Shown here: positions 35,701 to 44,288 of the stretch, one piece after another
Position numbering within the stretch: position 1 is the first letter of the stretch
Layout: each line of letters opens with the position of its first letter
IMG/VR virus record: IMGVR_UViG_3300009130_000002
Strand: one strand, 5' to 3'
Length of the DNA stretch: 64,000 bases
Source: a virus
The notes under the pieces: model-generated
What the model was told of the DNA's origin: nothing
The model's input: the letters and a program-made list of their open reading frames with translations, nothing else
The model's database searches: none
Made by a program: the position numbers and the translations under genes

Positions 35701-38700
35701 AAGTAAAAGATAAAAGGTTTCACGAAAGGGACGCAGCAAAGATACTTGCACAAGAAGAAGCAACGAATCCCTTAAACGCATATACTCCTTCTGATTTTGG
35801 TGAGAGTTTCACAGAGGCTTTAAACTCGGATATCAATCCTCCTCCAGGAGCAGAAAGAGAAATTCAAAATCTCATGAGTATAAACAATCCGACTTCTGAA
35901 AATATTCTGGAAATGGCAGGGAACATACCCCTTACAAATGCAGAGAAAGAAGCATATGGGTATCCTGACTTTCAATGGCCGTGTGTTGAAAAGCAAACAA
36001 GAATCACCTCTAAGTTTGGAAAGCTAAGAGGTGCTGGCAATAGTCCTCACAAGGGGACTGATATTGCAAATAAAAATCCTGCAAAATCTATCGGAACTCC
36101 AGTTTATGCAGCAGCTGATGGGCATATCATTGCAATGAATCACAGAGCTTCTACTATCTATCTGCACAATACAGGAGCGGATCCTGGCTATGTAGATCTC
36201 ATCAAACCGATGGCGCAACTAATGGTAGAAGGCCTAGTGACTGGAGAAGGAGTCGGGGGATTAGGACCAAATGGAAAAGGGAAAACAGAGACCTGGACTG
36301 ACTATTTTCTCAGAAGAGACAAGGTTAACAAGCATAACATTTTTGCAGTTGAAAAATATAGAAAATCCAGAGGCTATAGTGAAGGCTTTTGGAAGAGCCT
36401 ATCTCAAAAAACACACGACAGAACGCTATCCATAACGATAAGGCATACAAATGGAAAGTGGCAAACGATATATAAGCACTTGCATGATGATGAACACTGG
36501 AGAGATCTTTATGACAAGTGGACAGCGAACAGAAAGCATCTTCCGATCAAGAAGGGAGAGTTACTCGCTTACATGGGGAATACTGGATTTTCCAGTGGGG
36601 CACATCTCCACTTTGAAGTTCGTCAAGATGGGAAGCCAGTGGATCCAGAAAAGATTATTAAACAAAATAACTTTCCTAAATCTGCTTGGCCAAAGTTTGC
36701 CTTTCAGAGCCACGACTCTGTACTGGAAAATAGCTATAAAGAATTTCAGCAATCATTCGAACAAAACAGAGGAATGAGTAAGGCTTACCCCACTTATAAA
36801 TTATATTTTGTTGAGAGTGATGAAAATGAAAGAGCCCTGTTTGGCTTTGATGATTATTTTTCTTATCAGGCTGTACAAGAGATACAGATGGTTAGACATG
36901 CAGATAATCCTGTAGATCTTTGTATCATTAGATTAACAAATATTAGTGGCAACTTAACTAATAGAAACTTCACAGACTTAAAGCAGGGAAAGGGAGATCC
37001 AAATAATCTTACCAACAGAGAAAAGGCCACAGTTACTTCTATAAATAATAATGACAAGAAAAGCGTAGAGGATCTTTCAAAAGTTGCAGAAGGCAAAGTT
37101 GATACAGCAGCTGAAAATCCAATCACCTCAATGCTACTAAAAACAGGGACTCAGATTCAGGTTAGGATGGGATATGATCCTAATCCAGATAAACTAACAA
37201 CAGTTTTTAATGGCCCTGTTATGGATATCAAATACCACGGAACAGATGACATGATTACAATAACGTGTCAAAGCCACGCGATGGAACTTGTCAATACTCT
37301 ACAAGGGGTTGGAGAGCAAGAGTGGGAAGATAAAACAGGTAAAGTCCAAACGAAACAAAATGAATTTGAAGCAGGAAAAACAAGCAGGACAGGAGAGATT
37401 ATTGAAACGTTGATGGCCTATCCAGAGTTAAAGCACTTTGGCCGATGGCAAAAGGCGACTTCTACTGGCTTCTCAATGTTAGCAGGGAATGAAGATAGTG
37501 ATGATTTCTGGGAGTGGGGTGATGAGTTAAAAAGTGATACCCTGCATTATGAGCCTTGGAAGATGGCAAGAGAGTTATATGGGGACAATATCAACATCCC
37601 GACCGGAGGAACCGCTGGGCTTATGGAGGGAACAAACTTTAAGATTTATAAAACAACGATCTGGGATGTAGTTCAAGAATTAACCCACAGACATCCAGGA
37701 ATGATTGCTTACCCCATGCCTTATGAGGGGATATGGGGACCAAGAATGACTCTTTACTTTGGCTTACCTGATGGCAACTATGTGTATAGAGATCCAACAA
37801 AAACAGAGAAAGAAGTTGCAGCAAAAATTAGATTCGTTGCAATGGATTCTCACTATACATCAGAAGGTAGAAATCGGGATATTGAGTTCATTGAACGAAT
37901 GACAGATGGCTCTGTAGAGTTTGATCAGGATGTTCTTACCGAGTTAGATTTGGATGATACACAGGGAGCAGGAACATTATGGACAAATGAGGTTGATTGG
38001 AAAGAAGATAATTTTATAAAAAACGATAAAACAATAGGAAGAGATTATGCGATCTCCAAAGCCCTTTATAATTATTCTTTAGATAGCGGCATTGTTAAGA
38101 ACTTTAGAAATTATCACCTTCTTACGAATCAACACAATATCATTGAGAATGGAATTATTTCTTCAGCTTATAGTACTTTTAATGCTGCTACAATTGAATA
38201 TACATCTGATGATCACGCCAATGAAGCTGATGACGAAAGCAAATTACAATTCAATGATGCAGAAACTTTAACACTGAAATCAGATGCCGGAATTAGAGAT
38301 GAAGAAATCAGGGAGGTTTATGCAGGCTTTCCTAACTGTATCGGATATGAGCAAGCAAAAAGATATGGCCAGTCCTTATTATGGCGCTCAATGAAAAAGG
38401 GTTATAGAGGAGGAATTGTTATCTTGGGGGATCCAAATATTAAACCATATGATATTTGTTATATTTTTGATAGCTATACAGAGATGTATGGCCCGATAGA
38501 AGTAGAGCAGGTTGTTCATCGTTTCTCTCATGACTCTGGATTTATTACAGAAATTACCCCAAGGATGTGTATTCATGTAAATGAGGAAGCTACAATGCCT
38601 GCGCTTGATGTCATGAGTCTTGTTGTAGAAGACAGTATGTTTTCCTTCTTGGGACCAACGGTCAAGATGGGCATGGAGCCTACTGGACCAATAGGGGACT

Positions 38701-39173
38701 TTGTTCAGGGAACACTTCAGGTTGGGGCAATGGCTGGAGCTGCCAAGCTTGGAGCATCAGCACTTGCTATTGGACTGGTGGGAGCAACTGCAGCGGCAGC
38801 ATTAACGGGTGTTGCTGCCATCGGGATTCTAGGTTACTTTTTTATGGATAACTTACTCCTTGATGACGGAGACAAATATGATGCTCAAGGAAATGCGTTA
38901 GGGGCTCTTGATGCTATAGGAGTTTGGGCATTCAGAAAAATGATTACAAGATCTCAAATGCAACAACTATTTCAATACAGTCCACTAACTGTCAGGGGTA
39001 GACCACTGCTAGGTGGTATGCCAATATTTAGAAAATCTTATGGACCAGGAACTTTTATCAGACATCTATTTGATAAAACTGAAGAGTGGTTTATTGATGG
39101 TTATAACGGGAAAGCGGCCTTAGAACTCAGTGAGGATATGAAAAAGAATCCAGAGTTCTATCCAGAAATATAA
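32742..39173 (+). CDS. Baseplate hub / tail-associated protein with M23 metallo-endopeptidase
   Basis: AGGA spacing favours ATG 32742. M23 Zn ligands HKGTD (36048-36062) and HLH (36603-36611) with GTPVYAAADG and GNTGFSSGAHLHFEVR. Hub-like IQVRMGY...VFNG and GDPNIKPYD...VEQVVHRFS. Confidence 0.8.
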   Translation: MAVNDFFQFNDLVLNIPPTQIQVAKMNHANTVANLRTSSQATIWSRNSDTTVRVQMFFTDDPVRTAPNVETEGFDEIDFKRTGITQLRHMMSQIRVTPFCYIKNEFIRASILGAEVNDSMMFVVKHFSVSTASDPSSNSYLPGAVSVEIDLSYFNYRAYVTNLLYKKHPFSSEFTEDPSKSLSWMYMYLAEQEKRNYLQATTFVNETSGANDTVFNFHEFTLLPISQVSDTIKQIKRIKNNSTSGSVLAGERENVQITGEEGYYTGISDLERDLNMTHVDQEKNIKIEAINSYLNTSMVNDQPNFEHMPMEEMLTAFPQIFIPKMGWEVYKLSDGSVYKLPKNPTKILNPKATSEGFDEDDLILFSRLVDFSCFGEGLHILGVNIGVGNRTVPLPLLGSDAPTYQYLGGSDATVSISFKTTNPQAVKRIVALESLWRSQTNRMRKLPLKLRRVKIRNDLLNLCGLHHFLIDSISVSTSEGEPECTYIHLTLTEKEFDGSNEGFTYEKFNFQPSQKILNEVYKVFDDKMFLIENSFASNFLDNRISMVSWIKQPSFWMDGGVRWGENFVNREMIGTGGGDVDGNIDAGESSTMGSFSTGNFLGYESYKFGIKQNNLIKNSKSYARIYTVKDPSPHKLFESVYRDMLIEYSIIFSDFVRGLIDYLQVTSSSFNALNNVARARGMDTSEFHRLGAELEAKFSTFQAGSGAEQSRLAVEWEYKRWRLIKELTDQKFLGIERARKDAHHILIDNRYTLGIEDYSAKTSASYYRGLLEGEINDAVTNLWTGLGMLGGALDGMMGSKVDLNATVDYNEDEMWKDFARQPFVVKWQAKRNKFFKRIANDRNYLKILGDMNPEVLELMEELNGQKVNEGVNAYPDFPMKHVTYLMEKYFPSSFSKLRKRLGEINGLLKRGKFVSIPRLFGPDFYFESETAPLDQVIGLKKLQTATSMIKTSNASKPEAYNDYLTGVYRRQIGPRTDDETYKFRQEKVKDKRFHERDAAKILAQEEATNPLNAYTPSDFGESFTEALNSDINPPPGAEREIQNLMSINNPTSENILEMAGNIPLTNAEKEAYGYPDFQWPCVEKQTRITSKFGKLRGAGNSPHKGTDIANKNPAKSIGTPVYAAADGHIIAMNHRASTIYLHNTGADPGYVDLIKPMAQLMVEGLVTGEGVGGLGPNGKGKTETWTDYFLRRDKVNKHNIFAVEKYRKSRGYSEGFWKSLSQKTHDRTLSITIRHTNGKWQTIYKHLHDDEHWRDLYDKWTANRKHLPIKKGELLAYMGNTGFSSGAHLHFEVRQDGKPVDPEKIIKQNNFPKSAWPKFAFQSHDSVLENSYKEFQQSFEQNRGMSKAYPTYKLYFVESDENERALFGFDDYFSYQAVQEIQMVRHADNPVDLCIIRLTNISGNLTNRNFTDLKQGKGDPNNLTNREKATVTSINNNDKKSVEDLSKVAEGKVDTAAENPITSMLLKTGTQIQVRMGYDPNPDKLTTVFNGPVMDIKYHGTDDMITITCQSHAMELVNTLQGVGEQEWEDKTGKVQTKQNEFEAGKTSRTGEIIETLMAYPELKHFGRWQKATSTGFSMLAGNEDSDDFWEWGDELKSDTLHYEPWKMARELYGDNINIPTGGTAGLMEGTNFKIYKTTIWDVVQELTHRHPGMIAYPMPYEGIWGPRMTLYFGLPDGNYVYRDPTKTEKEVAAKIRFVAMDSHYTSEGRNRDIEFIERMTDGSVEFDQDVLTELDLDDTQGAGTLWTNEVDWKEDNFIKNDKTIGRDYAISKALYNYSLDSGIVKNFRNYHLLTNQHNIIENGIISSAYSTFNAATIEYTSDDHANEADDESKLQFNDAETLTLKSDAGIRDEEIREVYAGFPNCIGYEQAKRYGQSLLWRSMKKGYRGGIVILGDPNIKPYDICYIFDSYTEMYGPIEVEQVVHRFSHDSGFITEITPRMCIHVNEEATMPALDVMSLVVEDSMFSFLGPTVKMGMEPTGPIGDFVQGTLQVGAMAGAAKLGASALAIGLVGATAAAALTGVAAIGILGYFFMDNLLLDDGDKYDAQGNALGALDAIGVWAFRKMITRSQMQQLFQYSPLTVRGRPLLGGMPIFRKSYGPGTFIRHLFDKTEEWFIDGYNGKAALELSEDMKKNPEFYPEI

Positions 39174-39182
39174 GGAGAAAAA

Positions 39183-39602
39183 ATGAGTGCAGACAAGTAT
39201 GCAAGAAACTCTCTAACTGTTCAAGATATCAATCGCTCAGAGAGTAGAATTAAACAAATTGCAGATAAAAGCAAGCAACATCATATAGAATATGGTATGA
39301 TTGATAAGATAGATTTGAAAACCAGTCAAGTTAGCCTTAGGTATTTAAATGGAAAACAGTTCAAAACTACCAGAAGGAATGGGAAGTTAGAACAAGAGTA
39401 CTATACACTTGCTACACCAATGACTGAAATCAACATGAAGTACGGAGCCCTAAGAGAGGGGCTTAAAGTTAGAATACATTGGGTAGGAGAAAACGAACCA
39501 GAAGGCAATGTCATTGTTGATGTCTTAAGTAATAACGAAAATCTAGTTGTTCAAGACTATGCATTGCCTGATATCGAGGTTGGGTTTTCTATGCCCTTCT
39601 AG
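39183..39602 (+). CDS. Putative baseplate spike OB-fold (gp5/gpV N-terminal-like) protein
   Basis: Position after the hub; GMIDKIDLKTSQVSLRY...LREGLKVRIHW resembles an OB-fold. Confidence 0.45.
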   Translation: MSADKYARNSLTVQDINRSESRIKQIADKSKQHHIEYGMIDKIDLKTSQVSLRYLNGKQFKTTRRNGKLEQEYYTLATPMTEINMKYGALREGLKVRIHWVGENEPEGNVIVDVLSNNENLVVQDYALPDIEVGFSMPF

Positions 39603-39611
39603 GAGAAACCA

Positions 39612-39962
39612 ATGAGTGAATCAGATAAAAGAAACATAAGAGTTTGGAGAGTTAATTTGGATTCTACAGCTGGTTTCGTTATCAGTCCAAATCGAGTTAT
39701 GGCACTAAGTGATAAGAAAACCTTTCTTTCTATTAGACCTGGGCATATGACTCTTCGATCCAATAGAATTGATTTACTGACACAGCCAGAAAATATCACC
39801 AAGGGGGTCATGTTTAGAGAGAATATAGGTTTTGCACAGCTAATTCCTTCCACTATCGCTAGCCCTATCCCTATGATGACAATAAATATTCCAGGAGCAG
39901 AGCTTATGGATTACCTGGTTGATTCAGGAATATTTACAATTCAAAGTTTACAGGCATTATAA
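39612..39962 (+). CDS. Small baseplate/spike-associated protein
   Basis: 116 aa with short alternating beta segments, between the OB-like gene and the gp25-like gene. Confidence 0.5.
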   Translation: MSESDKRNIRVWRVNLDSTAGFVISPNRVMALSDKKTFLSIRPGHMTLRSNRIDLLTQPENITKGVMFRENIGFAQLIPSTIASPIPMMTINIPGAELMDYLVDSGIFTIQSLQAL

Positions 39963-40417
39963 TGAAAAACTATGATGGAATAGATTTAACAATGACTCCA
40001 GATGGAGACCTTGATATTGGATCAAATGGTGATATTAATAATACAGAGAAGGACCAGATAGTTTCTTTGCAACAAAAGATTATTTCCTTATTGAAAAGCG
40101 AGACTGGTGATTGGATTGATCACCCTACGCTAGCAGTAAATTTAAGTAGTTTTGTAGGTGAACCAAACACCAGAGAAAATGCAAAGAGGATGGAAACCCA
40201 AATTAAAAATGCTCTTATCGGTGCAAGAATAGTAGAGAAGCAAGACTTAAAGGTAAGAGTGAATGCAGTTGGCCAAACAAGAGTAGCCATAGAAATTGTT
40301 GTGAGCGCTAGACCCACTGTATTCAATAGCATCTCAAGGGAATTAGAAATGACTTTCTTTTTTAATTCTAGTGATGGAAGGGTAAACTGGAGTCCAAGAA
40401 GCTTTGGAGGAATATAA
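39962..40417 (+). CDS. Baseplate wedge gp25/GpW-like protein
   Basis: DLTMTPDGDL, LQQKIISLLKSETGDWIDHPTLAVNLSSFVGEPN; immediately before the J-like gene. Confidence 0.75.
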   Translation: MKNYDGIDLTMTPDGDLDIGSNGDINNTEKDQIVSLQQKIISLLKSETGDWIDHPTLAVNLSSFVGEPNTRENAKRMETQIKNALIGARIVEKQDLKVRVNAVGQTRVAIEIVVSARPTVFNSISRELEMTFFFNSSDGRVNWSPRSFGGI

Positions 40418-41629
40418 ATGCCTTTATTTGGAGAATCAAAACAAGAAATTTTTTCTGATGTTGTCACAGACCTATTAAGTAATAGCAATATTACTGAGGC
40501 CAGTCCAGGCTCAACGGCAAGAGCGATCATTGAAGCAGTGACAAATAAGATGGGGGACATGTGGACTAAGTTTGATTTAAACATGGCCCATGCATTTATT
40601 GATGGTGCTGAAGGTGCATTCCTTGATCGTTTTGGAGAGATGTTCGGGCTTAGCAGGAACCTTGAAGCCCCCGCTAGATTTGGAACAGAGGATAAAATCC
40701 TTCGCTTTTTTGTAGTCGATGCGCTAGCTGACAGCATAACTATCCCATCAGGAACAATAGTTAGCACAGAGCCCAATGCATCAGGGACTACTTATATAAC
40801 AACTGCAACAGTGACAATCCCAATCGGTAGTGCATCAATGGAAGCTTATGCTCCTGCGGTATCAAGAAAAACAGGAGCCAGAGGAAACACAGCTCAAGGC
40901 ACTTTAAATTTTCACAATATAGATGACGGTCGTTTAAAAGTAACAAATGAAGCAGACATTACCACTGGTAGAAGAATGGAGAGTGATGAAAATTTTAGAT
41001 TTAGAATTGCTAATCAAGTCTTAAGTTCTGAAACAGGAAATTACACAGCAATCAGGATGGGCGCACTAGCTGTTCCTGGAGTTGCAGATGTTGTTATTAT
41101 GCCATTTTGGAGGGGAGTCGGAACATTCGATATACTGGTTAAAGCAACCACCCCAAAGGTTAGTGCTAGCTTACTTAGCAATGTTAGACGAGCACTTTAT
41201 TTCGTTGTATCTCAAGGTGTTAGCTTTAATGTTAGAAAGCCAAAAGAAACTGGTGTCTCAATGCAGGTTACTATTAAGCTGATGGATCCGATGGATGATG
41301 TTACAAAGCAGGAGTTAAGAAATCGAATTAGGCAAAGACTATTTGATTATATTAACAATTTAGATATTGGTCAGCCACTTAGCTTTGGGGAAATCACCCA
41401 ATTGATAATGTCAACAAGTGACAATATCAATTATCTAGGGTCCGATGGTAGACCTATTGATAGTGTTACAATCTATAAGGAAACAGATCTTTATACCACT
41501 CGTATCCCAGAGACTTTATTTTTTGCAGGAGATAGCCCCGTAAACTACACACCTGCTACAGATGAAAAGTTATTAATTGAATTAGAATATATCGCAACAG
41601 AAAATCCAATTGTTGTGATCATTAAATAG
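40418..41629 (+). CDS. Baseplate J-like (gp6-type) wedge protein
   Basis: AEGAFLDRFGEMFGLSR, IPSGTIVST, ESDENFRFRI, ALAVPGVADV, RGVGTFDILV. Confidence 0.88.
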   Translation: MPLFGESKQEIFSDVVTDLLSNSNITEASPGSTARAIIEAVTNKMGDMWTKFDLNMAHAFIDGAEGAFLDRFGEMFGLSRNLEAPARFGTEDKILRFFVVDALADSITIPSGTIVSTEPNASGTTYITTATVTIPIGSASMEAYAPAVSRKTGARGNTAQGTLNFHNIDDGRLKVTNEADITTGRRMESDENFRFRIANQVLSSETGNYTAIRMGALAVPGVADVVIMPFWRGVGTFDILVKATTPKVSASLLSNVRRALYFVVSQGVSFNVRKPKETGVSMQVTIKLMDPMDDVTKQELRNRIRQRLFDYINNLDIGQPLSFGEITQLIMSTSDNINYLGSDGRPIDSVTIYKETDLYTTRIPETLFFAGDSPVNYTPATDEKLLIELEYIATENPIVVIIK

Positions 41630-41637
41630 GAGAGGTT

Positions 41638-43371
41638 ATGGGTAAACATTCAGCTTTCACTCAAGAGCTTGCAAATGCTTTTCCAGAATGGTCAAAGGTA
41701 AGAAACGATCCAGATTCAAATGGCCAACGACTATTAAATGTAATTGCTAATGAGGTAGAAAACCTAGACTTTGCTTTACAAAAAGTAAATAAGAACACGC
41801 TGTTATCTACCAGTAATCTCGCAGAGATAGATCAATTATTTAAAATTCATCTTAATCCAAATTTTGAATTCACCGAAGAAAACAGCAATATAGAAACCGT
41901 GACTTATGTTCCTCCAACAGTTCTGAATGGAACAATAGATGGAACAATGATTTCTTCTGAAGAAGATGATCTTGTTGATACAGCACCCTCAGAACCGAAG
42001 GCAGCTATCAAGGTTGTCAAAGAAGGAAATATCAAATCTTTCTGGGAAGACAGTAAGCCTGATGCAGTTAGTGCTGGAGCGAAAATTCCTTATGGAGGTG
42101 TAGACGAAATAGAAAGCATCACTATCCAAAAGAAGATAGATGAATTATATTCTCTTCCAACAATCCTTCACCCCTTAAGAGACGTTAGGGGAGCAGGTTA
42201 TTTTTACTTCACCCTGGTTGCAGGTCATCCTTATTTCAGAAAAGAAGATGGAAGATTAGCAAGATCACGCATCCTCATAAAAGGAACAAACCGAAGAGGA
42301 GTAGAAGATTCTGAAGTTATTGTTTTTCCTTGGGAAACAACAACAACTAGCAAAAAAGAATGGAGAAGTATAACTAGCATTACCCCGGTAGATATTCTAG
42401 GGAAAACAACTCCTGTTCTTAACTGTGGGGCTTCAAACATTGAAGAAGACTCTTATCTTATCATCTATGCTGATGGTGCCTCAAAAGAAGATTATGCTTC
42501 TCTAACAAATGCCCGTTGGTCAAAAGGTAGAAAAAAGATTGATGAGTTTTGGGGTACAATGCAGGTGGAGAGTAGGGGTGTGCTTGAAAGAGCAGAGTAT
42601 GCTACAGAAGATTGGAAAATGGTAATGAAGGGGAACGTGGGGAAGGTCTCCAAAGACAGGTGGAACCTAAAAGATAGATCCAATAATAACATAAAAGAAA
42701 TAAAAGACATAGAGCTTATTCCTTTTAAAAACCAATGTTGGGCACTTGTTGTAAATTTAGACGATACAGAAAAGCTGTGCTTATATGATCTTGACAAGGA
42801 AAGTAATGATAGTATTAATGAATTAAAGGACTTAACAAAGAATCCTAGTATCAATATACTGGTTGATGATGACGATGTAGTTATTGGCGAAACAATTTCT
42901 TACCATTTGATGCATGAGAAATTTTTGAAAAATATCGCAGGAGTTAAGGTTTCTTATAGCTTTAATGGAACTATAAGTTATTTATCTGGTAACGACACTA
43001 ATTATGATTTGGTTTTTCAGAAAGACAGGATATTGAAATCTGTAGAAACTCCTACATTATTAAATACTGGGGAGTATATCTTGATAGGTGAAGTTCTTTT
43101 CTCTGACAACACGACAGAGGTAATAAAGAAGATAGTAAAAATTAAAGGGAAAAAACCTTTAAAGACATTTGATCTCCAAGCAATGGGAGTCAAGAACAAT
43201 GGGGAGATTCCTTCTGGTTTGTTTTTAGATTCAGATCAAAAGCTCTGGATAAAAACAGATAAAAGTTATCAAGAGGTAAAGACACATAAGAACTTAGCAT
43301 TGTTTGATTATGATAGAAAAGTTATTTACCTACATGAAAAGTATAAAGATTTAACAGTGGAGTACTCGTAA
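41638..43371 (+). CDS. Baseplate wedge protein (gpI/gp7-like N-terminus)
   Basis: Follows J. N-terminus ANAFPEWSKVRNDPDSNGQRLLNVIANEVENL resembles wedge-protein helical starts; beta-rich remainder. Confidence 0.55.
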   Translation: MGKHSAFTQELANAFPEWSKVRNDPDSNGQRLLNVIANEVENLDFALQKVNKNTLLSTSNLAEIDQLFKIHLNPNFEFTEENSNIETVTYVPPTVLNGTIDGTMISSEEDDLVDTAPSEPKAAIKVVKEGNIKSFWEDSKPDAVSAGAKIPYGGVDEIESITIQKKIDELYSLPTILHPLRDVRGAGYFYFTLVAGHPYFRKEDGRLARSRILIKGTNRRGVEDSEVIVFPWETTTTSKKEWRSITSITPVDILGKTTPVLNCGASNIEEDSYLIIYADGASKEDYASLTNARWSKGRKKIDEFWGTMQVESRGVLERAEYATEDWKMVMKGNVGKVSKDRWNLKDRSNNNIKEIKDIELIPFKNQCWALVVNLDDTEKLCLYDLDKESNDSINELKDLTKNPSINILVDDDDVVIGETISYHLMHEKFLKNIAGVKVSYSFNGTISYLSGNDTNYDLVFQKDRILKSVETPTLLNTGEYILIGEVLFSDNTTEVIKKIVKIKGKKPLKTFDLQAMGVKNNGEIPSGLFLDSDQKLWIKTDKSYQEVKTHKNLALFDYDRKVIYLHEKYKDLTVEYS

Positions 43372-43377
43372 AAACAA

Positions 43378-44286
43378 ATGCCAACAACTCTTAACTTTAG
43401 CAGTTCTGATTTTGAACAACACCAAGTATTTAATGAGCTAGATAAGCATGGCTTGGCTCTAGGTTTAAAAAGATTAAACGGAGAAAAGAATGCAGAGTAT
43501 AAGCAAAGACTTATGGATGTATTTGTTCATAGAGCTAACTCTAGTTACTTTGGGTTAATACATGGAATAACAAGGGAGCTGGGCTTATCTCTCAATCGAG
43601 AACTACTAATCAAACCAAAAGCAGGGCTTGATTTGAGCGCCAATAATAATATAGGGATTTTATTCAAAGACACAAGGTGCTGCGTATATCAAGATTACTA
43701 CACAGACATACCCCTTAAAGAAATAGAGAGATGGGAAATTGAAGTTGATGCAGGCTACACAGTTACTGATTTGAAAGATGCGATTGAAGCAACGCAACTG
43801 TTTGAGGTAGAGCTTCTTGGAGATGATCCAAGCAGAAGATCAATGTGCATATTTGAACAAACCTCCATAAAGGATATCCGTGGAGAAGAACTAACTGGTA
43901 AGGGAGCAAGAATCAAGCTAGAGAATCAGGGCGTTATAGAGGGTAGCGAGTATCTTGTTTCTAATAATTTACAAAATAAAATTACAGATCCAGCAGCAAC
44001 ATTAGGATCAGGAGACTACAGAATAGATTATGAGGCAGGTGTTCTGGAATGCTTAGATCTCCCAGCGAGCGGATCTTATATTAGCTATCAATGCCGAGAC
44101 GATGAATTCCTTGTGATGTCGAGCCCCATTATTGTTAACAGCTTACAGAACGAACATTTTAAAAAATTCCTATTTAGACAAATACTTCAAACAGACGATA
44201 CATATGAAAATGGATTACCTACTTCTTTTGGTGCAGATATTATTAACGAATTGCTTAGTGTCTATCCCACCACTTATAAGGCTTAA
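43378..44286 (+). CDS. Baseplate wedge-associated protein
   Basis: LDKHGLALGLKRLNGEKNAEYKQRL is the LD..G...G..R..GE....Y..R wedge motif also seen in J/I-type proteins. Confidence 0.6.
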   Translation: MPTTLNFSSSDFEQHQVFNELDKHGLALGLKRLNGEKNAEYKQRLMDVFVHRANSSYFGLIHGITRELGLSLNRELLIKPKAGLDLSANNNIGILFKDTRCCVYQDYYTDIPLKEIERWEIEVDAGYTVTDLKDAIEATQLFEVELLGDDPSRRSMCIFEQTSIKDIRGEELTGKGARIKLENQGVIEGSEYLVSNNLQNKITDPAATLGSGDYRIDYEAGVLECLDLPASGSYISYQCRDDEFLVMSSPIIVNSLQNEHFKKFLFRQILQTDDTYENGLPTSFGADIINELLSVYPTTYKA

Positions 44287-44288
44287 TT

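Noticed and set aside
40120-40776. 218-aa minus-strand ORF
   Set aside because: Lies entirely antisense to the well-supported gp25-like and J-like genes, with no recognisable motif; shadow ORF. The same applies to the many 60-120 aa minus-strand and alternate-frame ORFs in the track.
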